Source: a virus
DNA: 64,000 bases
Direction: 5' to 3' (one strand)
Virus record (IMG/VR): IMGVR_UViG_3300049811_000692
Location: 41,429-105,428 of that record
The notes under the pieces were generated by a model. It had not been told where the DNA came from, did not search any database, and saw only the letters and a program-made list of their open reading frames with translations. A program made the position numbers and the translations under genes. Of the stretch, positions 1 through 10,580 are shown piece by piece. Each line of letters starts with the position of its first letter. Within the stretch, counting starts at the first letter, position 1.

Positions 1-3000
1 GTGCCCCACAACGGGATGATCGAGCTCCGGCTGAGGCGGGTGTCTCCGGACCCGGCCGACAGCAAGAACCAGAGCGAACTGTTCTGGGTCAGCTACGCCT
101 CGATCCTCGACCAGAAGCTCACCTACCCCGGCACGGCGCTGGTCGCGATCGGCTTCGACGCGACGAACCAGGGCGGCACCATGCCGCAGGTCACCTTCGA
201 GCCGGATGGCGGAATCCTGTGCGAGGTGCCGGTCAACTACAACCCAGCGACCAGGGTCTATACCGGCATGTGGGACGGGACCTTCAAGAAGGCCTGGACC
301 GACAACCCCGCCTGGATCTTCTGGACGCTCGCGACCAACCCGGACTGGGGCGGTGGAGCGGCTCTCTCGGCGGGCCTGACGTCGCCGGCGGCGGCCTACT
401 CCGCGGCCACCGGGCTGGTGGACAAGTGGGCCCTCTACACGATCGGCCAGTACTGCGACGAGTTGGTTCCGAACGGCCTTGGCGGAACGGAACCGCGCTA
501 CCGGTTCAACGCCTGGATCGATCGCGCTGACGAGGCGTACCGGGTGCTGCAGGCCATCGCCGGCGTCTTCCGCGCGATGGTGTATTGGGGCCGCGGCCAG
601 ATCGTGCCCGTGGCGGACATGCCCCGGAACCCGGTCAAGCTGGTCAGCAAGGTCAACGTCATCAACGGCGCGTTCGAGTACTCCGTCGCCTCCCTGCGGG
701 CGCGGCACTCGGTCGTGCGGGTCCGCTGGCGCGATCCCGCGCTCCAGTACCGCGAGAACGTCGCGGTGGTGGAGGACGCGGACATGATGGCCGAGATCGG
801 CGTCCGGCCGATCGATTACGAGGCGCTCGGCTGCACCTCGCTCGCCCAGGCGATCCGCATGGGCAAGTGGGTGCTCTACACGGAGAAGTACGAGAGCGGG
901 TTGCTGACCTACCGGGCCGCGCTCGACCACATCACGGTCGCGCCCGGCGAGGTGATTGCGGTCCAAGACGAGGACCGGGCCGGCGTCGCCTTCTCCGGGC
1001 GCTTGGCGCGCAGCCGCCTCTCTACGACCTACGTTCAGCTGGATCGCCCTGTGACCCTGGTTGGCGGCCAGACCTACAGCCTGCGGATCGTGTACGAGGA
1101 CGGGACGCTGAGCGCGCTCCTGCCCATCACCACGCCCGCCAGCACGACGGACACGCTGACCCTGGGGACGGCGCTGGCGCAGAATGTCCTGCCCGAGGCG
1201 GTGTGGATGATCTACGCCTCGAACATCGAGCCCGAGACCTATCAGGTCGTCCACATCGAGGAGCAGCAGGACGGCTCCTTCGAGGTGTCGGCGCTGCGGC
1301 ACCACGCCGGCAAGTTCAACTACATCGAGCTGGGCTGGGCGCTGCCGGGGCGCCCAGAGACGATGTACCCGACGAACGTCGGGGCGATGAGCTCGCCGAC
1401 CAACCTCGTCATCCGCGAGTACCTCACGGGCGTGGGCGGCACGCCGCTGGTGCGGGTGGTGTTCTCCTGGTCCTTCGTCACCGACCCGCGGGTGGTGGCC
1501 TTCGAGGCGCGCTGGATCAAGGGCGGGATCGTCTCGCCGGTGCAGACCGTCACCGAGACGAGCGTCGAGTTCGCGGACCTGGTGCCCGGCACCTACAGCT
1601 TCCAGGTGCGCGCGCTGGGCGGGGCCGGCAACGCCTCGGCGTGGGTGACGCTGGACAACCAGGCGGTGGACGGCCAGGCCGACCCACCGGCGCCGCCCAG
1701 CGCTCTGCAGCTCCTCTCCGGCATCCGTAACGTGCAGGTGAACTGGACCCGGCCGGCCGGGCTCTACACCCGCAACTTCGAGGTCTGGGCGGCGACGACC
1801 GGCTTCAACAACCTGGCGAACGACGCGACCACGAACATCGGCTCGGCGCCGGCGTTCGGGGCGTTCTCCAAGATCGGGGACACGGACGGCACGAGCTTCG
1901 TCCACGCCGACCTGCTGCCGTCGCACGTCTGGTGGTACATGGTCCGGACGATCGACGTCTTCGGCCAGTGGAGCACCTTCGTCGGCCCGGCCGGCGTGCG
2001 GACCTCGCAGCTGGTGGCGGCGGACATCCGCGACGGCATCATCAACACCGCGAAGTTCGCCTCGAGCATCAGCCCCGTGGGGCTGGTGACGTCGGGCGGC
2101 GTTCCGGCGTCGAAGGCCGAGGACGTGATCTACCACACGCCCACGAACCGGCTGTACCGCTGGGACGTGGGCGCCGCGGCCTACGTGGCGGTGGTGCGGA
2201 CGTCGGAGCTCGACGGCGCGCTGGCGGCGACGAACTTCCCGACCGGCCTGCGCCCCGTCGAGGTCGTATCCTCGCTCCCCTCGACGGGCAACTTCGAGGG
2301 CCGGGTGGTGATGCTGACCACCGACGACAAGCTCTACCGGCACAACGGGACGGCCTGGATCTCGACCGTGGCCGCAGCGGACGTGTCGGGGGCGCTGGCG
2401 GCCGGCAACTTCCCGAACAGCCTGCGCCCGGTCGAGGTGGTGGCGACGCTCCCGGCAAGCGGGAACTTCGCGGGGCGCATGGCGTTCCTGACGACGGACA
2501 ACAAGCTGTACCGGCACAACGGGACGGCCTGGATCGCGTCGCTGGCGGCGACGGACCTGACCGGGTCCATCACCTCCACCCAGATCACGGACGGGGCGAT
2601 CTCGACGCCCAAGCTCGCCGCCGGCGCGGTGACGGCGAGCGAGCTCGCCGCGAACGCGGTGACGGCCAACAAGATCCTGGCGGGCGCCGTCTCGGCGGCC
2701 GCCATCGCGGCCGGCGCCATCTCGGCCAGCAAGCTGGTGGTCGGGGACACCTCGAACATCTTCCCCGACTTCGATGCGATCGATCCGGGCTTCTGGGCCG
2801 GGCCACACAGCTTCGTGGGGCAGACCAGCGCGGCCTTCGGACGCCAGGCGCTCGTCATCCCCTTCAACGCGAGCACGATCGCTAGCGACTCCGGCTACAT
2901 CCAGGTCGAGCCCGGAGCCGAATACCGGGTGGAGATGGGGCTGGCCTGCGAGGTGGCCGGCGCCTTGGCGACGGGCCAGGTGGTCTGGTTCTCCATGAAT

Positions 3001-4440
3001 GGGTCTGGTGTGCTGACCTACCTCTCGGCGGACACCTTCGCGTCGAGCGACGTGACGGCCGCGGCCCGCTACGGGGCCAACGTGGTGGCGCCGGCGACGG
3101 CCCGCCGGGCGGTGATCCGCCTGACCCGCTGGTCAGGGGGCACGGGCGGGGTGACCGGCGGCGGCGTGGTGATGCGGCGTCGGGCGACGGGAAGCCTAAT
3201 CGTGGACGGCGCGATCACGGCCGCGAAGATCGCGACCGACGCGGTCGAGGCGGCGAAGATCCAAGCCGATGCGGTGACGGCGACGAAGATCGCCGCGGGC
3301 GCGGTGACGGCCGACAAGATCGCAGCGAACTCCATCGTGGCGTCCAAGGTGATGATCGGGGACACCTCGAACGTGTTCCCCGACTACGACTGCGAGGACA
3401 GCAGCTTTTGGACCGGCGACCACACCTTCGCGACCATGGGGATCGCCAGCTATGGGCGCCGCGAACTGCGCATCCCGATGGGGGCGAGCGACACCCAGTC
3501 GTTGAGCGGCTACTTCATGGTGGAGCCCAGCACGTCCTACTGGATCGAGGGCGCGCTGCGCTGCGACACCGCGGGCGACACCGTCACCTTGGTGATCGAG
3601 TGGTACACGCTGACGGGCGGCGGCGTGCCCTCCTACAGCTCCGAGACCGTGATCGGGACGAGCACCTCGACCAGTTGGAGTAGGCCGGGCCTGGCGGTGA
3701 CGTCAGGCTCCAGCATCCGGCGCGCACGCATCCGGTTCCGCCGCACGGCGGGCGGCACGTCCCAGGTGCGCTGCGGCGGCGTGATGATCCGCCGCCGGGC
3801 CATCGGCAACCTGATCGTGGACGGGTCGATCACGGCCGAGAAAATCGCGGCCAACGCCATCACGGCCAACGAGATTGCGGCCAACGCCATCACGGCGAGC
3901 GAGCTGGCGGCCGACTCGGTGGTCTTTGGGAAGGTGGCGGCGGGGGCGATCAAGAGCGCCCAGATCGCTACGGGCGAGATCCGAGCCACGCATATGGCGT
4001 CGGAGACGATCCTGACCCAGACGGGGCAGATCGCGGACCTGATCGTCGCGGAGGCGAAGATCCAGGGAGAGGCGGTCTCACACGTTTTTCAGGCAACGCA
4101 AATATTTGACCCGCCCTGGTATAACATCAGCTGGGCGCACATCCTTTCCGCCCGCTTTTACAGCAATAGTGCCAGAACAGGTCTCTTGGCTTGTTTTTAC
4201 CGAGTTGGGAAAAACGGGTCGGCGAGCATCGGGCATTCCATCAATTGCTGGGTAACGCCCGATTCGGGCGGCGGCGGCATGGTCGCCGAGGCCGGGGGGG
4301 ACATTTGGTTTGAAACGGCGGTGACGACGGGCTTTGTCTATGTGCCGCCGGGGTGGTTCACCTTGAACATCTACGTTTCAAGTGGCGCGAACGCAGCATT
4401 TCACCGCGTCCACCCTGTCCTGTTTTTGAGGTCCCGATGA
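1..4440 (+). CDS. Tail tip / host-specificity protein J-like (5' truncated by window edge)
   Basis: YPGTALVAI...WDGTFKKAWTDNPAWIF, DKWALYTIGQYCDELVP, EPRYRFN, GCTSLAQAIRMGKWVL motifs typical of lambda J/TipJ; FN3-like domains; AITAxKIAA repeats. Confidence 0.9.
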   Translation: MPHNGMIELRLRRVSPDPADSKNQSELFWVSYASILDQKLTYPGTALVAIGFDATNQGGTMPQVTFEPDGGILCEVPVNYNPATRVYTGMWDGTFKKAWTDNPAWIFWTLATNPDWGGGAALSAGLTSPAAAYSAATGLVDKWALYTIGQYCDELVPNGLGGTEPRYRFNAWIDRADEAYRVLQAIAGVFRAMVYWGRGQIVPVADMPRNPVKLVSKVNVINGAFEYSVASLRARHSVVRVRWRDPALQYRENVAVVEDADMMAEIGVRPIDYEALGCTSLAQAIRMGKWVLYTEKYESGLLTYRAALDHITVAPGEVIAVQDEDRAGVAFSGRLARSRLSTTYVQLDRPVTLVGGQTYSLRIVYEDGTLSALLPITTPASTTDTLTLGTALAQNVLPEAVWMIYASNIEPETYQVVHIEEQQDGSFEVSALRHHAGKFNYIELGWALPGRPETMYPTNVGAMSSPTNLVIREYLTGVGGTPLVRVVFSWSFVTDPRVVAFEARWIKGGIVSPVQTVTETSVEFADLVPGTYSFQVRALGGAGNASAWVTLDNQAVDGQADPPAPPSALQLLSGIRNVQVNWTRPAGLYTRNFEVWAATTGFNNLANDATTNIGSAPAFGAFSKIGDTDGTSFVHADLLPSHVWWYMVRTIDVFGQWSTFVGPAGVRTSQLVAADIRDGIINTAKFASSISPVGLVTSGGVPASKAEDVIYHTPTNRLYRWDVGAAAYVAVVRTSELDGALAATNFPTGLRPVEVVSSLPSTGNFEGRVVMLTTDDKLYRHNGTAWISTVAAADVSGALAAGNFPNSLRPVEVVATLPASGNFAGRMAFLTTDNKLYRHNGTAWIASLAATDLTGSITSTQITDGAISTPKLAAGAVTASELAANAVTANKILAGAVSAAAIAAGAISASKLVVGDTSNIFPDFDAIDPGFWAGPHSFVGQTSAAFGRQALVIPFNASTIASDSGYIQVEPGAEYRVEMGLACEVAGALATGQVVWFSMNGSGVLTYLSADTFASSDVTAAARYGANVVAPATARRAVIRLTRWSGGTGGVTGGGVVMRRRATGSLIVDGAITAAKIATDAVEAAKIQADAVTATKIAAGAVTADKIAANSIVASKVMIGDTSNVFPDYDCEDSSFWTGDHTFATMGIASYGRRELRIPMGASDTQSLSGYFMVEPSTSYWIEGALRCDTAGDTVTLVIEWYTLTGGGVPSYSSETVIGTSTSTSWSRPGLAVTSGSSIRRARIRFRRTAGGTSQVRCGGVMIRRRAIGNLIVDGSITAEKIAANAITANEIAANAITASELAADSVVFGKVAAGAIKSAQIATGEIRATHMASETILTQTGQIADLIVAEAKIQGEAVSHVFQATQIFDPPWYNISWAHILSARFYSNSARTGLLACFYRVGKNGSASIGHSINCWVTPDSGGGGMVAEAGGDIWFETAVTTGFVYVPPGWFTLNIYVSSGANAAFHRVHPVLFLRSR

Positions 4441-4847
4441 AGGTATGGACGGCGTTTCCGGTGGGCGGGGGATTGGCAAGGTGGAAAGCCTTTTCTCCCG
4501 TGGCGGACTGCCCCGACCCGGCACCGGAAGCTGGTGTGGAGCTGGTCGAGGGCGACTACCCGAGCGAGACGCACTACCGCACAGCCGGCGGCGACATCCT
4601 CCCGCGCGGCGCCATCCTCGGCGCCCTTCCCCCAACGGTGGCGGCCGACGGGATCGAGGAGGTCGTCATGGCGGGCCTGCCGATGCCCTGCGAGCTCACC
4701 GTGGAGGACCCGAACAAGCAGATGACCCAGGCCACAGTCACCGGCGGCACGGTGACTCTCACCTTCGCGCTGGCCGGCACATGGACGATCTGGGTGGAGG
4801 CGCCGCCCGAGTACCAGACCTGGAAGGGGACGATCCTTGCGACTTGA
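4437..4847 (+). CDS. Tail-associated hypothetical protein
   Basis: ATGA overlap with J stop; SD GAGG. Confidence 0.7.
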   Translation: MKVWTAFPVGGGLARWKAFSPVADCPDPAPEAGVELVEGDYPSETHYRTAGGDILPRGAILGALPPTVAADGIEEVVMAGLPMPCELTVEDPNKQMTQATVTGGTVTLTFALAGTWTIWVEAPPEYQTWKGTILAT

Positions 4848-5247
4848 TCTTGGCCCGGCCCTGGCGGCCGTGAAGGCTGAGGCGCTGGCGCGGGTGGACG
4901 CCGAGGCCGAAGAGGCCCGCCGGGCCTGGATCACGCTCGGGGCCGGGCAGGCCATGGAGTACATGGCCACCGAGGCCGACGCGCGGGCCTACCAAGCGGC
5001 GCGCGCGGCCAGCGCCCCGGCAGATCCCATCGGGTCATGGCCCTGGCTCGAAGCGGAGCAGGCGGCGCGGGGCGGCGCGATGCCGCTTGGCGATATCGCC
5101 GACGAGGTGGTCGCGAACGCGAATGGGTGGACGGCGGCGGGCGCCGCCATCAAGGCGCTCCGGCGCGGCCGCAAGCTGCAGATCGAGTCCGCCGCGACCA
5201 TCACGGCCGTGCGCGCGGCATTCCCGATCCCCTGGCCGGCGCCTTGA
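4837..5247 (+). CDS. Tail fibre assembly-like (DUF4376-like) protein
   Basis: QAMEYMATEADARAY...WPWLEAE...AAIKALRRGRKLQIESA pattern; position after tail tip gene. Confidence 0.6.
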   Translation: MRLDLGPALAAVKAEALARVDAEAEEARRAWITLGAGQAMEYMATEADARAYQAARAASAPADPIGSWPWLEAEQAARGGAMPLGDIADEVVANANGWTAAGAAIKALRRGRKLQIESAATITAVRAAFPIPWPAP

Positions 5248-5305
5248 GCCTTGCGTGGCGCTCAAAGGGGTCGCCACACATGAGGTGCAGCAGGAGAGTG
5301 GCCGC

Positions 5306-5653
5306 ATGGGAAAAATGCATCCGCAGGACCGAGAGCGGGCGCGCTACGTGCTGTCGCAGTCGTTCTCGACGCCGAGCACCAAGAGCAACGCCCAGGTGAT
5401 GGAGGGGACGCTCTGGTTCTTCGTTGCGGGAACCTTCGCTGGGGAGATCAGCGTCGAGGGGTCGCTGGACGGAGGCGTGACCTGGGCTCCGGTCCTTGCT
5501 GACAGCGCGGGGTCGCGTCTGGCGCTTTCCGAAACCGGAATGCTGTCCATTCCTTCCCCGGAAGCGGCAACCCTCATGCGCCTTGGAACAAGCGCCTCCT
5601 TCTCAGGAACCGCGCTCGCGCGCCTGTCCGGGGGGTGGGCGCCGGCGCCATGA
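5306..5653 (+). CDS. Virion-associated hypothetical protein
   Basis: SD AGGAG then ATG; VEGSLDGGVTW (Asp-box-like) motif. Confidence 0.65.
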   Translation: MGKMHPQDRERARYVLSQSFSTPSTKSNAQVMEGTLWFFVAGTFAGEISVEGSLDGGVTWAPVLADSAGSRLALSETGMLSIPSPEAATLMRLGTSASFSGTALARLSGGWAPAP

Positions 5654-7623
5654 GCGCAACGATGGGCCGGGCCTTTACGGGTGTCACTCCTGGTGTCCTG
5701 CAGTGGCAGAACCGCGCCCTGCCCTTGCCGCCCCAGGCGTTCGATCGCCGGGCGGGCGATCCTGAATACCAAGGACAACAGGCGGCGCTCTCCAAGTGGA
5801 TCGCCGCGCTCGATGGCGACTACCGCCACGGCCATCTGCCGCGCGGCCTGTACCGCCTGAGCGGCGCCGAGCAGATCACGAAGGTCGTTGGAAACGCCAT
5901 CAGCATCCAGGGCGACGGCCGCGGCCGGTCGATCATCTGGGCCGACGACACCTTCACGGGCGTCATGCTGCATTTCGAGGACATCTGGTGGGCCAGCGAC
6001 CAATCGCGCGCCCCGTCCGGCGTGGTCCCCAGCCCTGGCCAGTACGCGGCCAACAACTGGTCCTACCAGCTCAATCAGGCGTGGCAGGGGCGCCTCGCGC
6101 TCCGGGATTTCTCCCTGGTCGGGAGCATCGTGAACCGCGCAACGGGCGCCATTGCCGCGCCGCGCCAGCACGGGATCCAGTTCACGGATCGAATCGACCA
6201 CGCGCAACTCATCGGCCTTGACCTCCTCAACATGGCCGGCAGCGGCATCCGGCAGGTGACAGGCCCCGGCTTGGGCGCGGCCGGCCTTCGTGAGTGCCAG
6301 GTCGAGCGGTTGATGTTCCGGCACTGCGGGTGGGGGCAGGAGTTCCCGGCCTTCGACCTCAATTTCACCGGCACCGGCGGCAGCCAGGGTAATTACTACC
6401 GCATCAGGGGTAGCGAATGGGCCAACTGCCACGGGACGCACATCCGCATCAGAAACGAAGGCAACGGGAGCGCTGGCGCGACGCGCATCATTGATTTTCT
6501 GGACCTCACGTCGCATGGCGAAAGTAGCTGGAACCCCGCGGGGGCCGGATACGACGCCTCGATCCCGTTGCCGGGCGGCTCCCGCTGGCACCTGATCGAC
6601 ATACTGGGCCACGTCGATACTGTCCATTTTCGCGGCGTGAGAACAACACACTCCCTTGACGGGCACTTCATCTATCATATCGGCGCCGTCAACGGAAAAA
6701 CGCCATTTGAAATCTTCATCACCGAGTCCTTCAATGAAGGAGCCGGAACAAATCTACTATGGGTCGAGCACGGCTACGAAATCGTCGCGGATTTCTACGA
6801 AACAGCGGGCGGCCTAATTCGCGTCGGGAGCGGCGTAACGGGGGCCGTTACTCTTCGCGGCCCAGCCCACGATAAGTTGAACGTCGATATCGCGGAGCCG
6901 GTTAGGCACCTAGTCTCCATGGCGGGGTCGAGCCCGCGCACGAACCTCCCGCTCCGCGTCGCGCATGTGGATAGTCGCCACGCGAGGAGCGAGGGGTCCG
7001 CCTTGACCATCGGCCGCGCCAGCGTCCTGCAATACGCCAGAACCCTCGGCACGGGTGCGACAACCAACTTCGCGTTCACGGACGATTCACTCGTAGGCCA
7101 GAACGTGATCGCCGGCACACAAGCGGGCGAAGCCATCCGGCTTGAGGCCGGCACGATGGCGCTCATCGCCTACCATGTGCTCGCCATCGGGGTGACGACC
7201 ATCCGGGCAGAGTGGCGAGGCGTGGTGCTCGCGCACCGCCTCACCAACGCGGCCAGCCTGACGATCATCGGCGGCGCCGGCGCGTCGATCCCACCCGACA
7301 CATCGGATACGGCTCCCGGGGCCTCTGCCCGCCTCGCCATCGCGGCGGACACGGTTCAGGGTGGGGTGCAGTTCACCGCGACGCAGGCGTCCACCATCAA
7401 CTGGCACCTTCGGGCCGAGGTAATCACGATCGGTCAGGTGGTGGCGGGCAACCTGGGCGTTGCCCAGGCGCTCCTTGAGCAGGCCGCCGCCGGCCCGATT
7501 GCCGAGCTGGCCACGTCCCGCGTGCGCGGCTTCTTCGCGGATGACGCGGCTGCGGGCGCGGCGGGCGTGACCAGCGGCCAGCGCTTCATCCTCGCTACAG
7601 GCAAGCTCGCGGTGAAGACATGA
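5650..7623 (+). CDS. Tail spike / pectin-lyase-like beta-helix receptor-binding protein
   Basis: GHLPRGLYRL...ISIQGDGRGRSII start of a beta-helix; beta-rich 657 aa; tail module. Confidence 0.6.
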   Translation: MSATMGRAFTGVTPGVLQWQNRALPLPPQAFDRRAGDPEYQGQQAALSKWIAALDGDYRHGHLPRGLYRLSGAEQITKVVGNAISIQGDGRGRSIIWADDTFTGVMLHFEDIWWASDQSRAPSGVVPSPGQYAANNWSYQLNQAWQGRLALRDFSLVGSIVNRATGAIAAPRQHGIQFTDRIDHAQLIGLDLLNMAGSGIRQVTGPGLGAAGLRECQVERLMFRHCGWGQEFPAFDLNFTGTGGSQGNYYRIRGSEWANCHGTHIRIRNEGNGSAGATRIIDFLDLTSHGESSWNPAGAGYDASIPLPGGSRWHLIDILGHVDTVHFRGVRTTHSLDGHFIYHIGAVNGKTPFEIFITESFNEGAGTNLLWVEHGYEIVADFYETAGGLIRVGSGVTGAVTLRGPAHDKLNVDIAEPVRHLVSMAGSSPRTNLPLRVAHVDSRHARSEGSALTIGRASVLQYARTLGTGATTNFAFTDDSLVGQNVIAGTQAGEAIRLEAGTMALIAYHVLAIGVTTIRAEWRGVVLAHRLTNAASLTIIGGAGASIPPDTSDTAPGASARLAIAADTVQGGVQFTATQASTINWHLRAEVITIGQVVAGNLGVAQALLEQAAAGPIAELATSRVRGFFADDAAAGAAGVTSGQRFILATGKLAVKT

Positions 7624-8963
7624 TGGCGCTCACCCCCGTTACGCCGGCCGGCGTTCGCCGCACCCCGAACCTCGGCAGCTTCTACTCGCTTCCCAGCGGG
7701 GCGGGCCCCCGTATTCTGTCGCCGACCGATTGGATTGACCTCATCATCTGCTGGGGACAGTCCAACATGGGGAACGGCGGGTGGCCGGGGAACCCAAACA
7801 GCGACCTGGCCTTTGAGCCCTACCCGGGACGGCTGCTCTGCCTCGATAGAAGCGAGCTTCACGCCGTCCAGGGAGACGAAGGGTCGAACTTCCTGGACCC
7901 CGCCGAAATCCTGGCGTTCCGCTCTCTCCTTGATCGTGCCGGCGAGCCGATCTTCCAGAGCATGGCGATCGCCGTGGCCTACGCCGACATCTGCGAGGCG
8001 CGTCGCCAGCCGTGGCCGGCGACCGTGATCCTCACCGTGACGCAGCCCGGGACCGCCCTCAATCACCACCTCCCAGCCTCGATCCCGGGGAGCAACGCGG
8101 ACGGGGTGCGGAACTCCACAAACCTCCTCAACGGGGTCCGCGCGGTGGTGAACCTCGCCGCGAAGCATGGCATGCGCGTTCGCGCGCGCTCGATCGGCTC
8201 GCGGGGCGAGGGGCGCGTGCAGGCGCCCATCCTCTTGGCCGACTACGGCGCCACTCTTTCCGCCTACGGCGCGTGGCAGGATGCCGAGGTGCGGGCGATC
8301 ACGCGACAGCCGAACCCGCTGCGGATCGGCATACTGCAGACCGGCCAGCCGCGGAGCAGCGCGGCCGTCGCGGATGTCGCATCCGTGATGCAGCAGCAGG
8401 CCGCCCTTGTGCGGGCAGAACCCGCTAGGTGGTTCATGATGGCGCCGCTCTATGCCTCGACCCTGCGCGGCTCCGCGGCCAACTCCCACCCGGCGCCGGC
8501 GGGCCGGAAAATGGGCGCGGCGGCCGCCGGCGTGGCGCTTGCCGTAGAGGCCGCCGGCGGCACCTGGAATGACCTCTCGATCGACGCCATCCGGCCGGTC
8601 AGCTCCACCGTCCTGCGCGCCTTCGTCCGCTTCCCGCCGGGCGTCACGCCCACCCTCGCGCTCGACACCACCTGGCAGGCGGCGAGGCGGGGCTGCCGAC
8701 CCTCATCCGGCACTACCTCCGGGCCGAGGGAATCGACCTCGCGCAGCGCACGACGCCGATCGAGCAGCAGATGGCTCCGGCGCTCGACGCCGAAATCCTT
8801 GCCGACCCCGAGCTATCCTTCTGGGTCCGCGCGGACGCGGCGAATGTGGTGGAGACGGTGGGGCCGGTCGTGCACCAGTGGCGCGACCGCCGGCCGGGCA
8901 ATGCGGTCGTGTTCACCCAGGCGGCCGCCGGGCGCCGAGGCGCGCCCGTCATCTCCTTGGTAG
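7620..8963 (+). CDS. SGNH/sialate O-acetylesterase-like virion protein (3' end probably aberrant)
   Basis: IICWGQSNMG block I motif; His motif SHPAPAG; sequence after ~8700 is non-protein-like. Confidence 0.6.
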   Translation: MMALTPVTPAGVRRTPNLGSFYSLPSGAGPRILSPTDWIDLIICWGQSNMGNGGWPGNPNSDLAFEPYPGRLLCLDRSELHAVQGDEGSNFLDPAEILAFRSLLDRAGEPIFQSMAIAVAYADICEARRQPWPATVILTVTQPGTALNHHLPASIPGSNADGVRNSTNLLNGVRAVVNLAAKHGMRVRARSIGSRGEGRVQAPILLADYGATLSAYGAWQDAEVRAITRQPNPLRIGILQTGQPRSSAAVADVASVMQQQAALVRAEPARWFMMAPLYASTLRGSAANSHPAPAGRKMGAAAAGVALAVEAAGGTWNDLSIDAIRPVSSTVLRAFVRFPPGVTPTLALDTTWQAARRGCRPSSGTTSGPRESTSRSARRRSSSRWLRRSTPKSLPTPSYPSGSARTRRMWWRRWGRSCTSGATAGRAMRSCSPRRPPGAEARPSSPW

Positions 8964-9547
8964 GCACCGAGCGCGCCGTGCGCTGCGTCTCAGCCACCAG
9001 CCACAGGTGGGATGAGGTCACCCCGACCGACACGCGGCAGCCCTTCACGTTCGCGCTCCTCGCCCGCGTCGCGTCCAACGTGCTCACGACCACGTTCTTG
9101 CTGGGCAAGGCGACCGTGGGTGGGAGCTCGCAAGACACCACCGGCATCGTCATCCACGACTCGAGCGGCGTCCCGACGCTGCGGCTTCGGCATGGTAGCG
9201 GCTCGGCCGGCACCGTCGCCGATTTCGCACCCTTCACGCGGAACGAATGGAGCCTCATCGTCTTCTCGGGTGATGGCTCGGGCGGCATGCGGATGCGCTA
9301 CAACGGCCGCCCGTGCTGCGCGCTGCGCCCGACCGCGTGGGATTTGACCGCGACCATCCCGGCCAGCACGCCCTTCTCGCTCGGATCGCAGAGCGTCTCG
9401 GCCAACGCCTTCTCGGCAGACGCCGACATCGCGGCCGTCATGGGCTGGCGCGGGACGGACCTTCTTCGCCCCGCTGGACTCGCGAAGGTGCGGCGCCTGG
9501 AGGCGTATTTCGCCCGGGTCTATGGGGTGCCGATCAAGAGCTTGTAG
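8771..9547 (+). CDS. LamG/concanavalin-like virion protein
   Basis: FWVRADA...VHQWRDR...VRRLEAYFARVYG pattern; true start may lie near 8693. Confidence 0.6.
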   Translation: MAPALDAEILADPELSFWVRADAANVVETVGPVVHQWRDRRPGNAVVFTQAAAGRRGAPVISLVGTERAVRCVSATSHRWDEVTPTDTRQPFTFALLARVASNVLTTTFLLGKATVGGSSQDTTGIVIHDSSGVPTLRLRHGSGSAGTVADFAPFTRNEWSLIVFSGDGSGGMRMRYNGRPCCALRPTAWDLTATIPASTPFSLGSQSVSANAFSADADIAAVMGWRGTDLLRPAGLAKVRRLEAYFARVYGVPIKSL

Positions 9548-9648
9548 GCGAGCCGCACCTTCGCCATGAGCCTTGCGCACCGAAAGATGTGGCCGCCACA
9601 CCGATAGGGGCGGGCATCACGCCTGCATGACATGCATGGAGGCGCCCC

Positions 9649-10086
9649 GTGGCCAACCTGACCGACTGGACCGAGAACAACTTCCTCGACTTCCTTCTTC
9701 GCGGGCAGGCCTGGACCTTGCCGGCGGATCTGCACATCGGGCTCTTCACCGTGGCGCCGACGGACGCGGGCGGCGGCACCGAAGTCACCGGCGGGTCCTA
9801 CGCGCGCGTGGCCATCACGCGGTCGCTGGCGAACTGGGCGGGCACGCAGTCGGCCGGCAGCACCACCGCCTCGACCGGCACCGGCGGCCAGACCTCGAAC
9901 AACGGCACCGTGACCTTCGCGGCCCCCACGGCGAACTGGGGCACCGTCGTCGCGATCGGCGTCTTCACGGCTTCGTCCGGCGGCAACCTCGTCTTCTGGG
10001 CGCCGCTCGGCACGTCGAAGACCATCAACAGCGGCGACCAGGCCCCGGTCATCTCGGCGGGTCAGCTCACGCTCACCATCGCGTAA
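9649..10086 (+). CDS. Minor tail protein
   Basis: SD GGAGG + GTG; LHIGLFT...GGTEVTGGSYARV...VTFAAPTANWGTV, a common phage tail family pattern. Confidence 0.8.
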   Translation: MANLTDWTENNFLDFLLRGQAWTLPADLHIGLFTVAPTDAGGGTEVTGGSYARVAITRSLANWAGTQSAGSTTASTGTGGQTSNNGTVTFAAPTANWGTVVAIGVFTASSGGNLVFWAPLGTSKTINSGDQAPVISAGQLTLTIA

Positions 10087-10096
10087 GGCGCGCGCC

Positions 10097-10579
10097 ATGG
10101 AATGGGCTGCTCTTCCAGAGCCGAAGCGCCAGGCGCTTCTGGCCCGCCTCGCGGAGCCCGACGTGGCGGGACTTCCCGAGTGGGCCGCGGCGGCGGCGTT
10201 GAACGCGCCCGACGCAGGGTTGCCGACGGCGCGCGTGCATGTCGCCACCAGCGACGTCTATGGGCACTTGCTGACGACCGGCGAGTGGCCACCGATCATC
10301 ATGGCGGCCGAGGCGGGGGGCGGCGCACAGGAAGCGGTTCGGGGGCTCTGCATCCTGGTTCGCGACACCCTGCAGATGACCTCCCAGCTCGAGACGGGGA
10401 AGCCAGAGCGGTACGCGGCGGTGGTGCAGGTGCTTGCCGGCCTCAAGGCAGCGAGCCTCATTTCGGCCAGCACAGAGACGGCGCTGCTGGCGCTGGCGGA
10501 GGCGCCCCAGTCCTGGGCGCAGGCGAACGGCATCGTCGTGACCGACCAGCTGGTGGGCGCGGCTCGGGGAGGCATCTGA
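10097..10579 (+). CDS. Hypothetical protein (tail module)
   Basis: Tight operon spacing, protein-like composition. Confidence 0.7.
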   Translation: MEWAALPEPKRQALLARLAEPDVAGLPEWAAAAALNAPDAGLPTARVHVATSDVYGHLLTTGEWPPIIMAAEAGGGAQEAVRGLCILVRDTLQMTSQLETGKPERYAAVVQVLAGLKAASLISASTETALLALAEAPQSWAQANGIVVTDQLVGAARGGI

Positions 10580-10580
10580 C

